Shown: positions 12,196 to 24,300 of the stretch, piece by piece
Numbering within the stretch: the stretch's first letter is position 1
How the letters are laid out: each line of letters starts with the position of its first letter
NCBI GenBank assembly: GCA_000708835.1
Contig: DF236970.1
Span: 124,001 to 188,000, forward strand
Origin: Klebsormidium nitens
Taxonomy: Eukaryota; Plantae; Klebsormidiophyceae
Direction: 5' to 3'
DNA length: 64,000 nucleotides
Notes under the pieces: generated by a model
Database searches by the model: none
Told to the model about the DNA's origin: nothing
The model's input: the letters and a program-made list of their open reading frames with translations, nothing else
Position numbers and translations under genes: made by a program

Positions 12196-13719
12196 AATAT
12201 CTGCCAGGACAAATAACGCATGCGTACAATCATGTAGAAGACAAAGACTTGGGCAAGCTTAGGCCGTTCAACGTACCTGGCACCAAAATTTCAAATGGTG
12301 AAATGGGCTCCCGCATACTTACAGTGTCATTTTCTGGTTGCTCTCTGACCATTTGGAACCTTCGTTGTGAGTTAAAATCAGCAACATAAGTACGGCATGT
12401 AAATGCGTCCTACCCTATCTAAGCTGGAGCTTGTCCCTGCAATAGGAGCTATCTTCCTCCTTTGCGTGCAACCTCGAGGTATTTTGATGCATGTGCTCGC
12501 GCGCATCTTCTTTCGTAACAACTTTACCTCGTTCCTTGAATTCCCAGAGTAGCATCTGTACCTACCAGTCCCTTTTTCTGTGGACTCGCAACGAAAAAGG
12601 CCTAGTCGTGTACTGTTCTTTCCACCGATTCCACCGCTCTTGCAAGCCAATCCCGCTCAAAAATTGCACCGGACTTGCCTCAGATATCCATTGCAAAACG
12701 GACGTAATAAATCTGATGTATGTTACGGTTGATCAAAATTCTGTACATGAGAATGACTTGGGACCTTCGTCTTGAAAATGGACGTAAAACGGACTTCGAA
12801 AGCAAAACGTGACAGGAAATTGAAGACGACTTTTGAAATCTAATCAAAGGGGAACGAAACTTGCCTGTAATGCGAGATGAAAACAAACCGAGGGTTGCTG
12901 GAATCTTATTGGTCGTTTAACAAGCAGAAATTATTGTTGAAGAACAGATACATCTCAGCGAAGTGAAAACGGACTTGGTTTCCAAAGCGAAAGCGCCCTC
13001 TTCAGGCTGCTCAAATGTCCTGAATGTGCACTCCTCCACCCAGGATTCAGATCCTGTTGCCTTTCTGCGTGTCTAGAAGAATTCGCTTAGTTCGCACTTT
13101 CGTAAATCAAGACGCTAGCAAAAGATCGAAAAGAAAAGGACGTCAAGCGTGTCCATCAAACAAGACTTTTCGGCCGTCTACGTTCACCAGAAGAAACGGA
13201 CATTCGACCAGTACTGGTCGTCTGGACTTCGCTTACGTGACCCGACATGACTAAAGTAGGTGATTGAGAGCGGAGAAATCCCAAATCCTCAGACCCATGA
13301 ATTTCAAAGCTGTCACGCGTCGCTCTATGTCTCTAGTACCAATGCTCACCAGCGCAAGCTCGGGCTAGCGCTTCTATGTCGAGATGTAATGCCACGCCCC
13401 CGTTTGACTGTAGCGCCGGGAGAGTCCTAGCGGGCACCTCAGTCCCAATATTTCCGTACTACCGTTATGATAACGGTGAACTCGTCCGGTCTGCTCTGGA
13501 AACCAAAGATCCTACTGGAAGCCACTCGACGTTCGCGCTTCTATCCGTTTGGACGCCCTTCAAAACCTGTAATACGACTACCAGAAACGCAACTCGTTGA
13601 GAAACAGAGGGAAGAAGCGACTCGGAGGGTCAACAGACCAAGAACAGTACCAAAGCAACGAATTTTTGTGTGTCAAGACGCTTTCTCATCCCCCGCAACT
13701 CAGATCCAGCGAAGTAAGG

Positions 13720-14891
13720 ACAGCAGCGTCCTTACTTTGAGAGCCTGCCTCTGGCGCTGACGTCATGCTGGCGTTACCCTGCAGGGGGCTCGGCGCGCCG
13801 GACGGCGAGCAGCGTCCCGGTTCCGAGTCGGCAAAAGCGTTCCGGGAGCTTGTCGAGGGGCGGAGCCTGCGGGTGCTTATTTACATTGCGAACCAATACG
13901 AGCTGTCCGTGGCGGACATTTACTGTGAGAACATGTTCGTGCAGGTGAGGGGCGTCTGATGAAGTGCGCTTTCAATCGATTGCTGCGACCTGTCCGTCTC
14001 CAATCAGTTCCAAAAGACTGCTCTGTGGACATTGTTTCTGCTGGCCCCGTCTAAAAGGTCCGTATCTAATCAAACCCTCTGGACTGCAGAAAGTAAGTCG
14101 TCAGATGCTGGCTTGTTTTCAAATCATAGATTCGATCTCCGTCTTTTGTAACGGGTCCCACGTCATCCTGACGTACTTTTGGACGTGAGCGCCTCGCCCG
14201 AGCCGAGGCAAGACGTCACGTGTGCGTGATTGCTTACCCCAGTCGACCCGCTGCGCCGTTTACTTTGGGGAACCCCTGACGTGGGCCTGACGTCAGCATA
14301 CCGTCCGGTCTGCAGGAGTGCATGCTGCTGCGGGACGGACACGCGGGGCAGTTCTTAAAGTACGACCACCGGCCGGAGTCGCGCAGGTGAGCAATGGCAG
14401 AGCGACACGTGGCAGCCTTGCGTTGTAAGTGCATCAACGGAGGATACGCACGCTTGATGTGAGTGGAAAACGCAGAAACGTCGAGCACTTTTGATCAATA
14501 GAGAGGAAATTTCTCTAAATGTCACAGGAGAAAGCGGAACCGCCACTCGCTTGGACACTTGACCGATCGAGAAGGTCTTGTTCTCTGGTCCTCTCCTCGC
14601 TTCTTGATTCGTGTTTCGAAAATCACAGGCACCCTTTGCTCGCTTTCACCTCCCGTTTCGGCAAGCGTCGTTGCCGCGAAAAGGTGGCTCGTTGGAGCGC
14701 GATTTCCAGGTTCCAAGCGCTGATTGGAGCGCTTCGGTTTTCGAAGTCCGTCTCATATCGGCGCCCGATTGCATCTCACAGGCAAACTCTTGAGACGACT
14801 TTTGAGTTCACGCTGCACTGGATGGCTGAGGCTAGACAACCTCAGCGCGGGCCTTTGGGCGGACCCTAGCGTGCAAGAGTCGTGGAAATGG
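13720..14891 (+). pseudogene. Inverted partial duplicate of the CAN nuclease gene (exons 6-8 plus introns), decayed
   Basis: 13785-13944 matches CAN exon 22641-22800 (both 160 nt). 14316-14386 matches 22021-22089 with +3/-1 indels. 14819-14891 matches the last exon with acceptor CAG>CAC and a frameshift. Flanking intron sequence also aligns. GIDAPE>GLGAPD and DQYGR>NQYEL. Confidence 0.9.
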
Positions 14892-15809
14892 AGCTGCTGA
14901 TGCAATTCAACGTTCCACAACTAGAGTTGAAAGGCTATGCATTATGAGAGCTTTTATCTGTTTGCAGTCATCGGCTTCACTCTTCTCCAGCCGTTCAATC
15001 ACCGTTTTCTGACGTTTTTAACGCATGTATGTGGAGATTGTCTGCCATGCAGCCTCACTTGATTAATCGATCCTTGTTATACACGTGATCAATAACTCTT
15101 AGCTGGATACATCATGTCATCGATTTTGCACGATGCAGCTGTTTTCTGAGAAGCATCTTCAGGCCCCCAGAGGCAGAGGGGAAAAGGGCATACTAACCGC
15201 GAAGCATGTGGCGATCAATAATCTTCAAAACTTCTGTGCCCGCCACACTGTCGTGAGACGGTTGATTCCGTGTTGGTTTCATTTTTTATCGATGTACCAT
15301 CTCTTTAAACTGGACATCCCACGAAGTGTGGTTCCGAAGTCAAGATCCATAAAAGGCCGCCGGAGGCAAAACTTAGGGACTACTTACTACGTGTGAATGT
15401 GTTACCAAACGTCCAACCTGTTCAGCTAGGATTAGCGGACATCAAAGTCGGTGCGGCTCGAAAATCGTAGCGGCTGGCTGGAGTTAGACGGACCGCTCCT
15501 TACTACTCGATAGCCTATTAGAAGTGTTCACTAGTAGCTCAGCTAGTAAACGGACTTTAAATTAGATTGTGTCCATTTCAAAACCTCAGTAGCTGGGTGG
15601 GGTCAGAACACCCGCTCTCCTTATGCTTAGTTGTCTATCCAGAATGTATAAATCCCCTCTCACTTTCCTTCAATTAGTGTTTTAACTCGATCTTTCCTAA
15701 GTCGATGCTCGGAGTTACGAGTCGCATGTGCCTCTCAGGATTACTACATTCTACGTCCCGCCTGGCGAGGTTCTCTTTCGAGCTTACCTACTCTTCCAAA
15801 CAAAAGCAA

Positions 15810-18800
15810 TTACGGCAGGGACAGGTAGTTGCCGGCCGCGCACGTGGGGTCCCCATTGGCCTTGAATGCGCCGCACGAGTCGGGGTTCTCGCAGCACGCG
15901 TGGAAGGTGCCGGCCGCGTCGAAGCAGCTGTTGGCCGCAAAGCCGCCCACGACCGGGCAGGGCGTGTCCTTGGGGAAGTTGATCGTAGCTGCAGAAAGGA
16001 TGACGAAATGTTTTAGAGAGTTGGTTGCGCTTGCGAAACTGATTGCTGGACGTGGGCTCTTGGGGAGAATTGTACCCCCCGGAGGAGAAAGCCATTCCCC
16101 CCTGTGTGTGAGTGTCCCGAAGTTGGGCACTCCGAAAAGAAGGTCGTTTCAAGAAACCGAAGAAAGAAGTCTTTAGAGGGAACTCGATCCGCCCCCCTGA
16201 AGTAGCGGAGTCTGAGCTTTCCAACTCTGATGTCGTACAAGCTTTAAGAGGGTGGTGGAAGAACGGAAACGTCTCGCTCTAGACCGTGTCAATGTAACGC
16301 TACGGATGCAGCAGAGTCGAAAGAGGGGGCCAATCTGACATCTCCGAGAGCCAACCCGGTGAAGTCGGATTCGAAGTCTGATAAAAAAGCTGAATCGTAA
16401 GCTCTGCATCTCTGCACGCCAACACAGGAACCGAGCGGCACGTTGAACTGCCAATTGTGCAAACGTTCCAGGTCTCAAAACCGAGTATCCAGGGTTTCGG
16501 TGCTTACTGGGTCTGGTCGGGGAAGGGGTAGCCCGAGATTGGGTAGAGGCCGGGGTAGGGGAAGGGGTAGCCGGCGGAGGCTGGGTAGCGGTAGGTGTCG
16601 GGGTAGGGGGCTGAGTGAGAGTGGGAACGAAGCCATTGTTGGCGCAGCGCGGGACGAAATTTTGTGGGGGGTTGAACCCAGCGCAGCCCTCGTTGTCGCA
16701 GCACACGTAGCGGCCCTAAAAGGGAAAAACGGGTTTGTTAGCTCAAACCATGTGCTCGAGGGCCTTTTTGACGAGTGGAAAAAGGGTTTGTGAGGTTCTG
16801 AAGTTAAGTAAAACCCGTTAGTGGCGCAGCGCGGGAAGAAGTTTCCGGGGAGGTGAACCCAGCGCAGCCCTGGTTGTCGCAGCGCAAGTAGCGGCCCTGA
16901 GGGGAGAGAAAGGGTTTGTGAGGTTCTGGAACTTTGAACCCCTGTGCTTGAGGGCTTCTTTGACGAATATGTAAGGGGTTTGTGAAATTTTGAAGTTACG
17001 TGGGTCCCAATTGTGCCAGAGGACTTTCCTGCATCTGAGGTGAAAGGAGAAGCTCTTTGTTTTGCAACTCCGAGTTCGTGAGCGACATCTGACGCGCTCC
17101 ACCAAATGTCGAAGTGCAAGCATCCAGAGGGATCCCCTGATGAAGAAGGCAGGCGTCCTTCGTTCCACTTCAATGCTACCACAAGTGTCTGCGCGCTTCG
17201 TAGCTTGCCAGAGGCGGAACATTTGGCATGAGATTCAGTCCTCAAAGCACACCGAGTACTGAGAAGTCAAAAGGTGAATTTTTTTTTGGCGCACCACCAT
17301 GCTTTCTGATCCAAAAACAGCCTCGAGTTCAGCAGCGAAGCCTCGACTTGGGTCAGGTATTACAAGGGGCTATCCTTCCTGAAACATCGTCCACCAGACT
17401 TACAGAATGCAGGCAACGCGCCGGTTCAATAGCTTGACCACTTCTTCAAACAGATCCGTATTAAAGGTGACTCCATTTTGTGCCAGCATCTAGACTTACC
17501 TGCGGATCGTTGTTGTAATAGCAGCGGAGGGGGAAGTCAGTGGCGGGTCCACTCCCGCAGACGCCCTGATCTACATTACAGAAGACGAGCTTCTTAGTAT
17601 CCGGCCGAAAATAGCTCGCAAATCGTCTTCTATGTTTCGTCTTTACTCTAGATACAGCACGACTTGCTTACAAATCCGTTGTTTATCTGCGATCAAACTT
17701 GCTGCAGTCAGTCTAGAAACCGACTTCTCACAGGCTGGCAACAAACATGCCAGCATTCATGCTAAGAACGATCAATCATGCAATCTGCTCAAAACGAGAG
17801 CCGCTGGAAAAAGAGCAACGCGGAATTAAAACGAGCGTAGCTTCCGCACGGCATCCTGATACTCTAGTGACAAGAGAGCATTGAGCAGACACAAGAGAGT
17901 CGAAAACAGTTTAGCTGTTCTTGAGCTAGAATGAGCTATGGTTAAGCTATTGTTAGATGAGCGGTAACCCACCTGCGGCCTTGACTTGCGGAAGAAAGAT
18001 CTGCACGTCGGCGCCGCTGATGAAGGCCAGGTCTGATGACAGATTCACTCGGAACGCCGTCAGCACCAGGGAGAACTGGGCACTCGCCCCGGGCGGGAAC
18101 TGGGCTAGCGAGACAGTCACTGAGCCGGGGCCGTTCCGCGCAAAGAAGAACGGGACGGTTGACACGAACTGGGAGAGGGACCATGAAAACCCGGCGGACG
18201 TAGCCGAAATCGAGATGAGCTTGTCGACGACGGCAGCCTGGCTGTCTGTATAACGAGGATAGGGCAGAGTTTTGGCAGAGTACTAGTGGATTTGGGCAAC
18301 AGCAAATTTGGGGTTAATATATACGTTAACCACAGTCTCTCAAGGAGGACTTGAGGGAGATTTATGTTTGGGGGGGAACTTTGGCAACTTTGGGAAAGGG
18401 CCCGGGTTCAAGTAGGACTGCTGGAGTCCGGCCAATCATGAGAACAAGAAAGGAAATGGAAATACTTCTTCAAGGAGCAAAAGATTCATAACTGTCAGGT
18501 TTTTAGGGATTGTTAAGAATGACCTCCAATCTTTGCTTCATGAATGTGAGAAGAAAGGCAGTGCAGGGTAGGGAGATCAGCACAAGCATGCAGTTGGAAA
18601 TCAAGACGCATCGACATTGTTCCCCAGAATCTCAATCTGGTGCCAATGCAAGCAGTACTCACAACATGGGGAGCAGCACGGTGCAGATCAAAGCAACAGG
18701 AAATGAAAGCAACAGGATTACATGCAAGCAACAGCCCCCTTGTGGAGGTTTGCTTAACCCAAGGGGCTTACCGGTGTTTGTGACGGTGAAAGTCAATGTG

Positions 18801-19576
18801 GTTTGGTAGCCCACATTGACAGCCTGGGTTTGTGAGGGCACTCCAGCGATGCTGAGCGAAATAGTGTCTGCAAGCGTTTGGGCAAGAAGAGTCAGCAGCA
18901 CAGAAAGCACAAGTGTTGCTTCACTTGAAGCAGGCCCAAGTAGGAAAAAGGAAAAGCAAGCAATTAGGTCTGGGCTTGCAAGTCGAAATCTGGACCGAGG
19001 CTGACACAACAAGCTGTGTGGTTACAATGTTGAAGCCCCCTTGGTTCGAGATTGGAAGCCCCTTGATTTTGTGTCAAAGCATCTGCACAAGTCTGGCGGA
19101 CTGTTTACGAATACATTGCTTGCTGCAGTGCTGAAGTTAGATTCTACATGGCTCTGATCAATAGGGTTTCCCAAGTCTGGATCATGGTTATGTGATTGAG
19201 GGTGTCAGCTCCTTGCGTTGCCGCTACAGACTCATGGGTATGGACATGGTTCGAAAAGCATAATTTCAGAATAATGTACCCCTCTAGTATTTTGACTCGG
19301 CAAGCTGGGACTTTGAAGTGTGCAGGACCATGCCTCAGGGTTTCAATCAGATTTGCAACCACGTAAAGAGCGCTTTCAGAACATCAGAGAGCAAAACCCA
19401 AAACTGCATTATACAGAACAACAGAAGCAAGGTGAAAAGCTGCTGCCCACCTGATTCAAAGGACGCTCTTTGCTGCAAGCGGCGCCTCGCTGGCGCAACG
19501 CAGCGCCTCCGCTCGGGGCAGCTGTTGCCAGAAGAACGGCCGCAGAGAGCACGAGGAACAAACGGAGGGGAGCCAT
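15810..19576 (-). CDS. Secreted modular protein: signal peptide, beta-rich domain, 6-Cys module, P/T linker, second 6-Cys module
   Basis: Exons 19451-19576 (MAPLRLFLVLSAAVLLATAA), 18772-18867, 17973-18245, 17500-17570, 16508-16715, 15810-15988. Exons 2-6 join in frame. Exon 1 ends in phase 0 while exon 2 starts in phase 1, so a frameshift or an unseen exon is required. Confidence 0.75.
16630..16995 (-). repeat. Tandem duplication (~185 bp) of an intron/exon junction, leaving a frameshifted ghost exon at ~16815-16896
   Basis: ctcagGGCCGCTACTTGCGCTGCGACAACCAGGGCTGC versus the live tttagGGCCGCTACGTGTGCTGCGACAACGAGGGCTGC. The upstream intron sequence is also duplicated. Confidence 0.9.
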
Positions 19577-20232
19577 GCTTCCGCTGATCGACGCAGAGCG
19601 ATATTTGGTGCAATGCGGGAAGCTTGAGTGAGAGCTATCTTCAAGGAAATGAACAGTGCGGGTACTGCAAAATGCTTTGCAAGGACGACTTAAGTAGCAA
19701 TACCTCCCGAACGCTTCCTTCCGCATGGATTGGTTCGTGTATTACCTAGGTAGTACGTTATTAAAGGCTCACGCCCACGATCAAAAGTGCAGGATGCAGC
19801 TAGCCTTCTATCAACTTCTAAGTTCTATGGCAGGTTCAGTTCAGTAGGTACCGTAGGTATTGACGTCCATGTCCACAGGTTCAGTGTGCACACTGCATTG
19901 CAGAGTGTCAAAATTCAATGTGCACAGTGTCAGTAATTATTTCTACCATACATAATGTGCACACTCCTCAGAGGCTCAGACTCTCACATTGGGCCTGCAT
20001 TGGGCATTTACGAGCTCCGCAGCTCCGCTGTCTATCCAGGCTGTTGCTGACGCGGTCCTCCGGACCCTCCGGGACCCTACAGAGTTCAAACTTCAGACTG
20101 CCAGTTGTACGCAGATCCCCGATCAGGATGTCGATATTATTGATTCGCAGGCCGGGATTTCCTAGGTGTTACCGGTAGGTCCACTGCCCGGGGAACGGGT
20201 CACGTAGGGTTGGTTTGGGTGGGTAGTGATGA

Positions 20233-20385
20233 GGAGCGGGTAAGCTTTTACGTTAGTGTTTAAGGTTTACGTGCCCGGGGCTGCCGAATCTTAGTGAACC
20301 GTTACGTTGCCGTTACCGGAGCGGGTAAGCTTTTAGGGTTGTGTTTTCAGTTGGAGTGCCCGGGCCCCGGGGCCTTTGAATCTTA
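20233..20385. repeat. Degenerate direct repeat, period ~85 bp
   Basis: GGAGCGGGTAAGCTTTTA...GTGCCCGGG...GAATCTTA at 20233 and 20318. Confidence 0.7.
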
Positions 20386-21051
20386 TAAGAGACTTGACAC
20401 TACCGCGCAGGTATGCCGCAGGGCAGCAACGCGGGCGAGGAGGGACAGCAAACCGGTTTACTCGGAGTGAAGTGCGGAGTTTCGACAAACGGTAAACCTA
20501 CCTATTCTAGGTACTCTGGTCAGTACCGTGGTCAACGACAGTCGATTGTCAACGATGTACGACGAATCTGGTAGATACTGTACGTACCAGTATCTACTCT
20601 CTCTATTAAAGATAGACGGTAGACCGAGGCCGACCCACCTTGAATCCCCGAATGAGGTCCTCGAATGAGGTCCTGAAGTCTGGACCCATCATGCATCATG
20701 CATGGCCCGTGACGGCAGGTATTGGACTCACGGGACTCCGGCCAGTGTTGAAAACATATGCCAGCAACGAGAAGCCACTGCGCTTGGTCAGGCACTGTGT
20801 GTTGTAATCGTGAGTCGTGACTCACACCTACCGTATGCAACATGCACACTTTATTTTCGGACGTGATCTACCTGGCAGGCATCGACAGACTATTCAAAAG
20901 CATCTGGCCTAGTTGTTTTTCAATACCGCGTCTGGTCCGACCACCGTTGAAAATCACGATTCCAAGAATCTTTCTCCAGGCTGTCCTTGATCATGGACAT
21001 TCAATTGTGGACGTTCACCACCCGTTGCACCGGCAAAAAATAGCTAAGCTA

Positions 21052-21226
21052 GACTCCAAAGAATGGCCCAAACTTTCCGCTTTGACGGACTCCACTGAAT
21101 GACCCCAAAAGTTCCAGTTCAGAATTTGGCAGACTCCAGTGCCAATGGCCCAAGCAGTTCCCGTTAACGGTTTGGCAGACTCTCGTGAATGACCGAAACA
21201 GTTCCAGTTAACAGTTTGGCTGACTC
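21052..21226. repeat. ~44-bp minisatellite, 4 degenerate copies, just downstream of CAN
   Basis: Units begin GACTC..GAATG(A/G)CCC..AGTTCC.GTT....TTTGGC. Confidence 0.8.
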
Positions 21227-21312
21227 GAGGTACAGGCCCTTGTCGCCGTCCTACCTACCAGTCGCTCTCTTCTCCTTCTTCCGTCAACTTGCAACACGAC
21301 ATTTCACTCCTA

Positions 21313-24300
21313 TCACCTACCCGCTCTTGGATGCTCCTTTCGCCAAATCCACGGCTCTTGCACGCTAGGGTCCGCCCAGAGCCCGCGCCGGGCTTGCCTC
21401 GCCTCAGCCATCCACTGCAAAATACACTCGAGGATTTGCCCCTGAGTACGATTCGGAGATTCGGTGATGGACTTCTTGAACAAAGCGCTCCAATCAAAGC
21501 TATAAAGTGGAACGGTTTTATAAATTAATATGATTCTTGCGGAAGGAAAATTTGCCCAATGTGTGGGGTGAAAGCGGGTAAAGCGTGCTTACACCGTCAA
21601 ACACCTTCAGAAGAGAGGCAGATTAGAGAACAGGTGTTCTCTGGTATGATAGCGCGGAGAGGCTATTCAAGAAGCAGACCCGTTCCGGTTCGCCCAAAAC
21701 TTCGGAAGATACGCCCCTTCATCAAACTCGATGATGTCAACAGTTACGAGAGTCCTTCCAACGTTGCGCCCGTCTGACGTTCAAATGCAGCCTCTAAAGA
21801 TGCGGCGAGAAAGATAAAGCCTGTCCTCGAGAGAAGTCCAGATAAAAAAGCAGTCCGCTCAATCTCGCTTTCCGTCGCGGACATGATCAGATATCAGATT
21901 AATCAGAGTTGAGATGGATTTTCATATTTCTTTCTTTACCTTTTGCCTCTAGATACATTTGTTCTACGCCGATCGAAGCTGTAATCCCAGGCTGCCACGT
22001 GTCGCATTGCCATTGCTCACCTGCGCGAACTCCGGCCGGTGGTCGTACGTCGAGTAGTGCCACGCGTGCCCGTTCCGCAGCATGTACTCCTGCAGACCGG
22101 ACGCCATGCCGACGTCAGCCCCACGTCAGGGGTTCCCAAAGAACAACGTGGAGTGGTTCAGCTCGACTAAGCAGTCACGCATTCTAGTCACAGCTTACCC
22201 TCGGCGGCGCTACACCGAAGTCCTCAGCTTGTCCCATTTCGTGAAGACGACTGAGGAACGACCTAGTACTGAACACCCCGAAGCCAGTAGCTTGTAGACC
22301 AACAGTAGGGGCTCCCCAAGGTAGAGAAGAGCTGTGGTATGGATCGGAAAATTTCGCGGGCGAGGTTGAAATAAGAGGCACGTGTGGCGTCTCAGCGGCT
22401 CGGGCGTGGCGCCCATGTCAAAACCGCACATCCGAATCCCGTAAAATCCGTAAAGACCGGCACAGCACAAAGAGCTCATTGACAACGCAAATCAGCATCT
22501 GACGAGTCACGTAATGCGGTCCAGATGCACAGGTCCGATACGGGGTGCTCAAACCGGAAACGTGCCGTGAAAGGTTCAAAGAGCAGTTTTGCGGAAGGGC
22601 GCAGCAATCAAATTAGGGCACATCTTCAGAGGCCCCTCACCTGAACGAACACATTCCCACAGTACATGTCCGCCACGGACCGCCCGTATTGGTCCGTGGT
22701 GTAAATAAGCACCCGCAGGCTCCGCCCCTCGACGAGCGCCCGAAACGCGGCCCCCGACTCGGGGCCGTACCGCTGCTTGCTCTCTGGCGCGTCGATCCCC
22801 CTGCAGAGTGACGCCAGCGTGACGTCAGATGATTCAGGTTCTCTAAGAGACGCTGCTATCCGCAGTTCGCTGCGTCCGATTGGAAGGCGGAAGGCCCTCT
22901 GATCCAGACTTACCTTAGCAGCCTTTTGATTGGATGGAGTCTGTCGCTCTTCGCAGCTCTTCGCAACTCGTCCAGACGACAAGTCCAAACAACGACAAGA
23001 AACATTCTGCGGGCTCTGGCGATTCTGTCCTCGTGGAAAGTCAGCGTTCTTCGCGCGTTGACTTTTTCCAGGACGCCTACAAACTTCATCAAGGAATCTG
23101 CTCTTCAAGATGAAGGTATCTTTGTTTAGTCATGGGTAGACACGCGCGGTTTTTCACAAAGGCCGTCCAAGTCCCTGCAGGACCCATTGGTGAAGTCCCA
23201 TGGGTGTGTCGGAACATCTTCTCCGGTGCCAAAACATTGTTTTCAAAACCTGCAAACTTGGACCGCGTAGGCGCCCAGCTCAAATTTTGAACTGGACAGC
23301 AATTGAAAATGTTTCCGACCTGCAGAAATCGTTTACCCTCCCACTGTCTGTGCCGGAAAGGAGCTCGACAAAGGGCTGCTCGCATTTCTAACAATTCCAT
23401 CGTATCGTCCCACCATTTCATATCAGAGCTCCTTTTTCGTCACTTTTAGGACCAATCGCAACGAACTCCTACCCAGCCCCTACACGGTACCTGTTCGCAA
23501 GCCAACCCTCCTGAAAGCACTTACCCTGCGCCCACTTCCAGAGAAGACAACAACGGCCACGACCCTAAGATACTTGCTCTCCTCTCAGCTTCACCTCTCT
23601 CCTCTCTTGCTCCTTACCTGGCCCGTATTCTGTATTTCTTCGCAAGCACACCCCCATCGTCAAACACCCGGTATCCCGCGTCCCCTATCTCGCGCTGCAA
23701 CCGGTCCGCCGTTTGGAAGTCGCGGACGGCACGTGCCCTCTGCCGGGCGTCAACGGACGTCCGAACGGCGGGCGGAACGACCGCGGCCTCGCGCGGGTCA
23801 TGGCTGACGTCAACGTATACGGTGACGGTATCGCCATCCGCAATTGCTTTTGCGTCAACCTGTGAAGGGTCGGAACGTTGGATCTGAGTGCTTAGGAGAA
23901 CAGATTAAAGGGGAGGACTCAATCAAACGCAAGACCCAATTAGGGTATGCTGACAACGGCAAACGGCTACGGTGTTGCCTCCGCAAGAAAGACCCACCCA
24001 CCTTCTCCATGAGACCACATGATACAACATCTGATCCAAAAGCAGATGGTGTAAACTTTCTGAGTTAGTCAAGATGATTTGATTCAGAAAGTATCCTCGA
24101 ACAAGGCTGCGCTCGAATTCCGTAGCTGGACAGAAGGGGAAATGATATTGAGACATCACTTGCGAACTCAATACGCGTCTGTTGGATCGAATTCACTTAC
24201 TGGCATGGTGTGGAACTCGTACTGCACCCCTGGCGGTAGGTGGGCGGCGTTTGGGGGCGGCGCGTGAGAGACGGGCGGAGGGAAGTGGGGGACGGGGGCC

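Noticed and set aside
20571-20597. Hairpin as a Helitron 3' end or terminator
   Set aside because: No CTRR terminus about 10 nt downstream on either strand, and bacterial terminators do not apply.
21052-21226. Regularly spaced repeats as a CRISPR array (also 55252-55397)
   Set aside because: Eukaryotic context, contiguous degenerate units with no unique spacers, and no cas genes.
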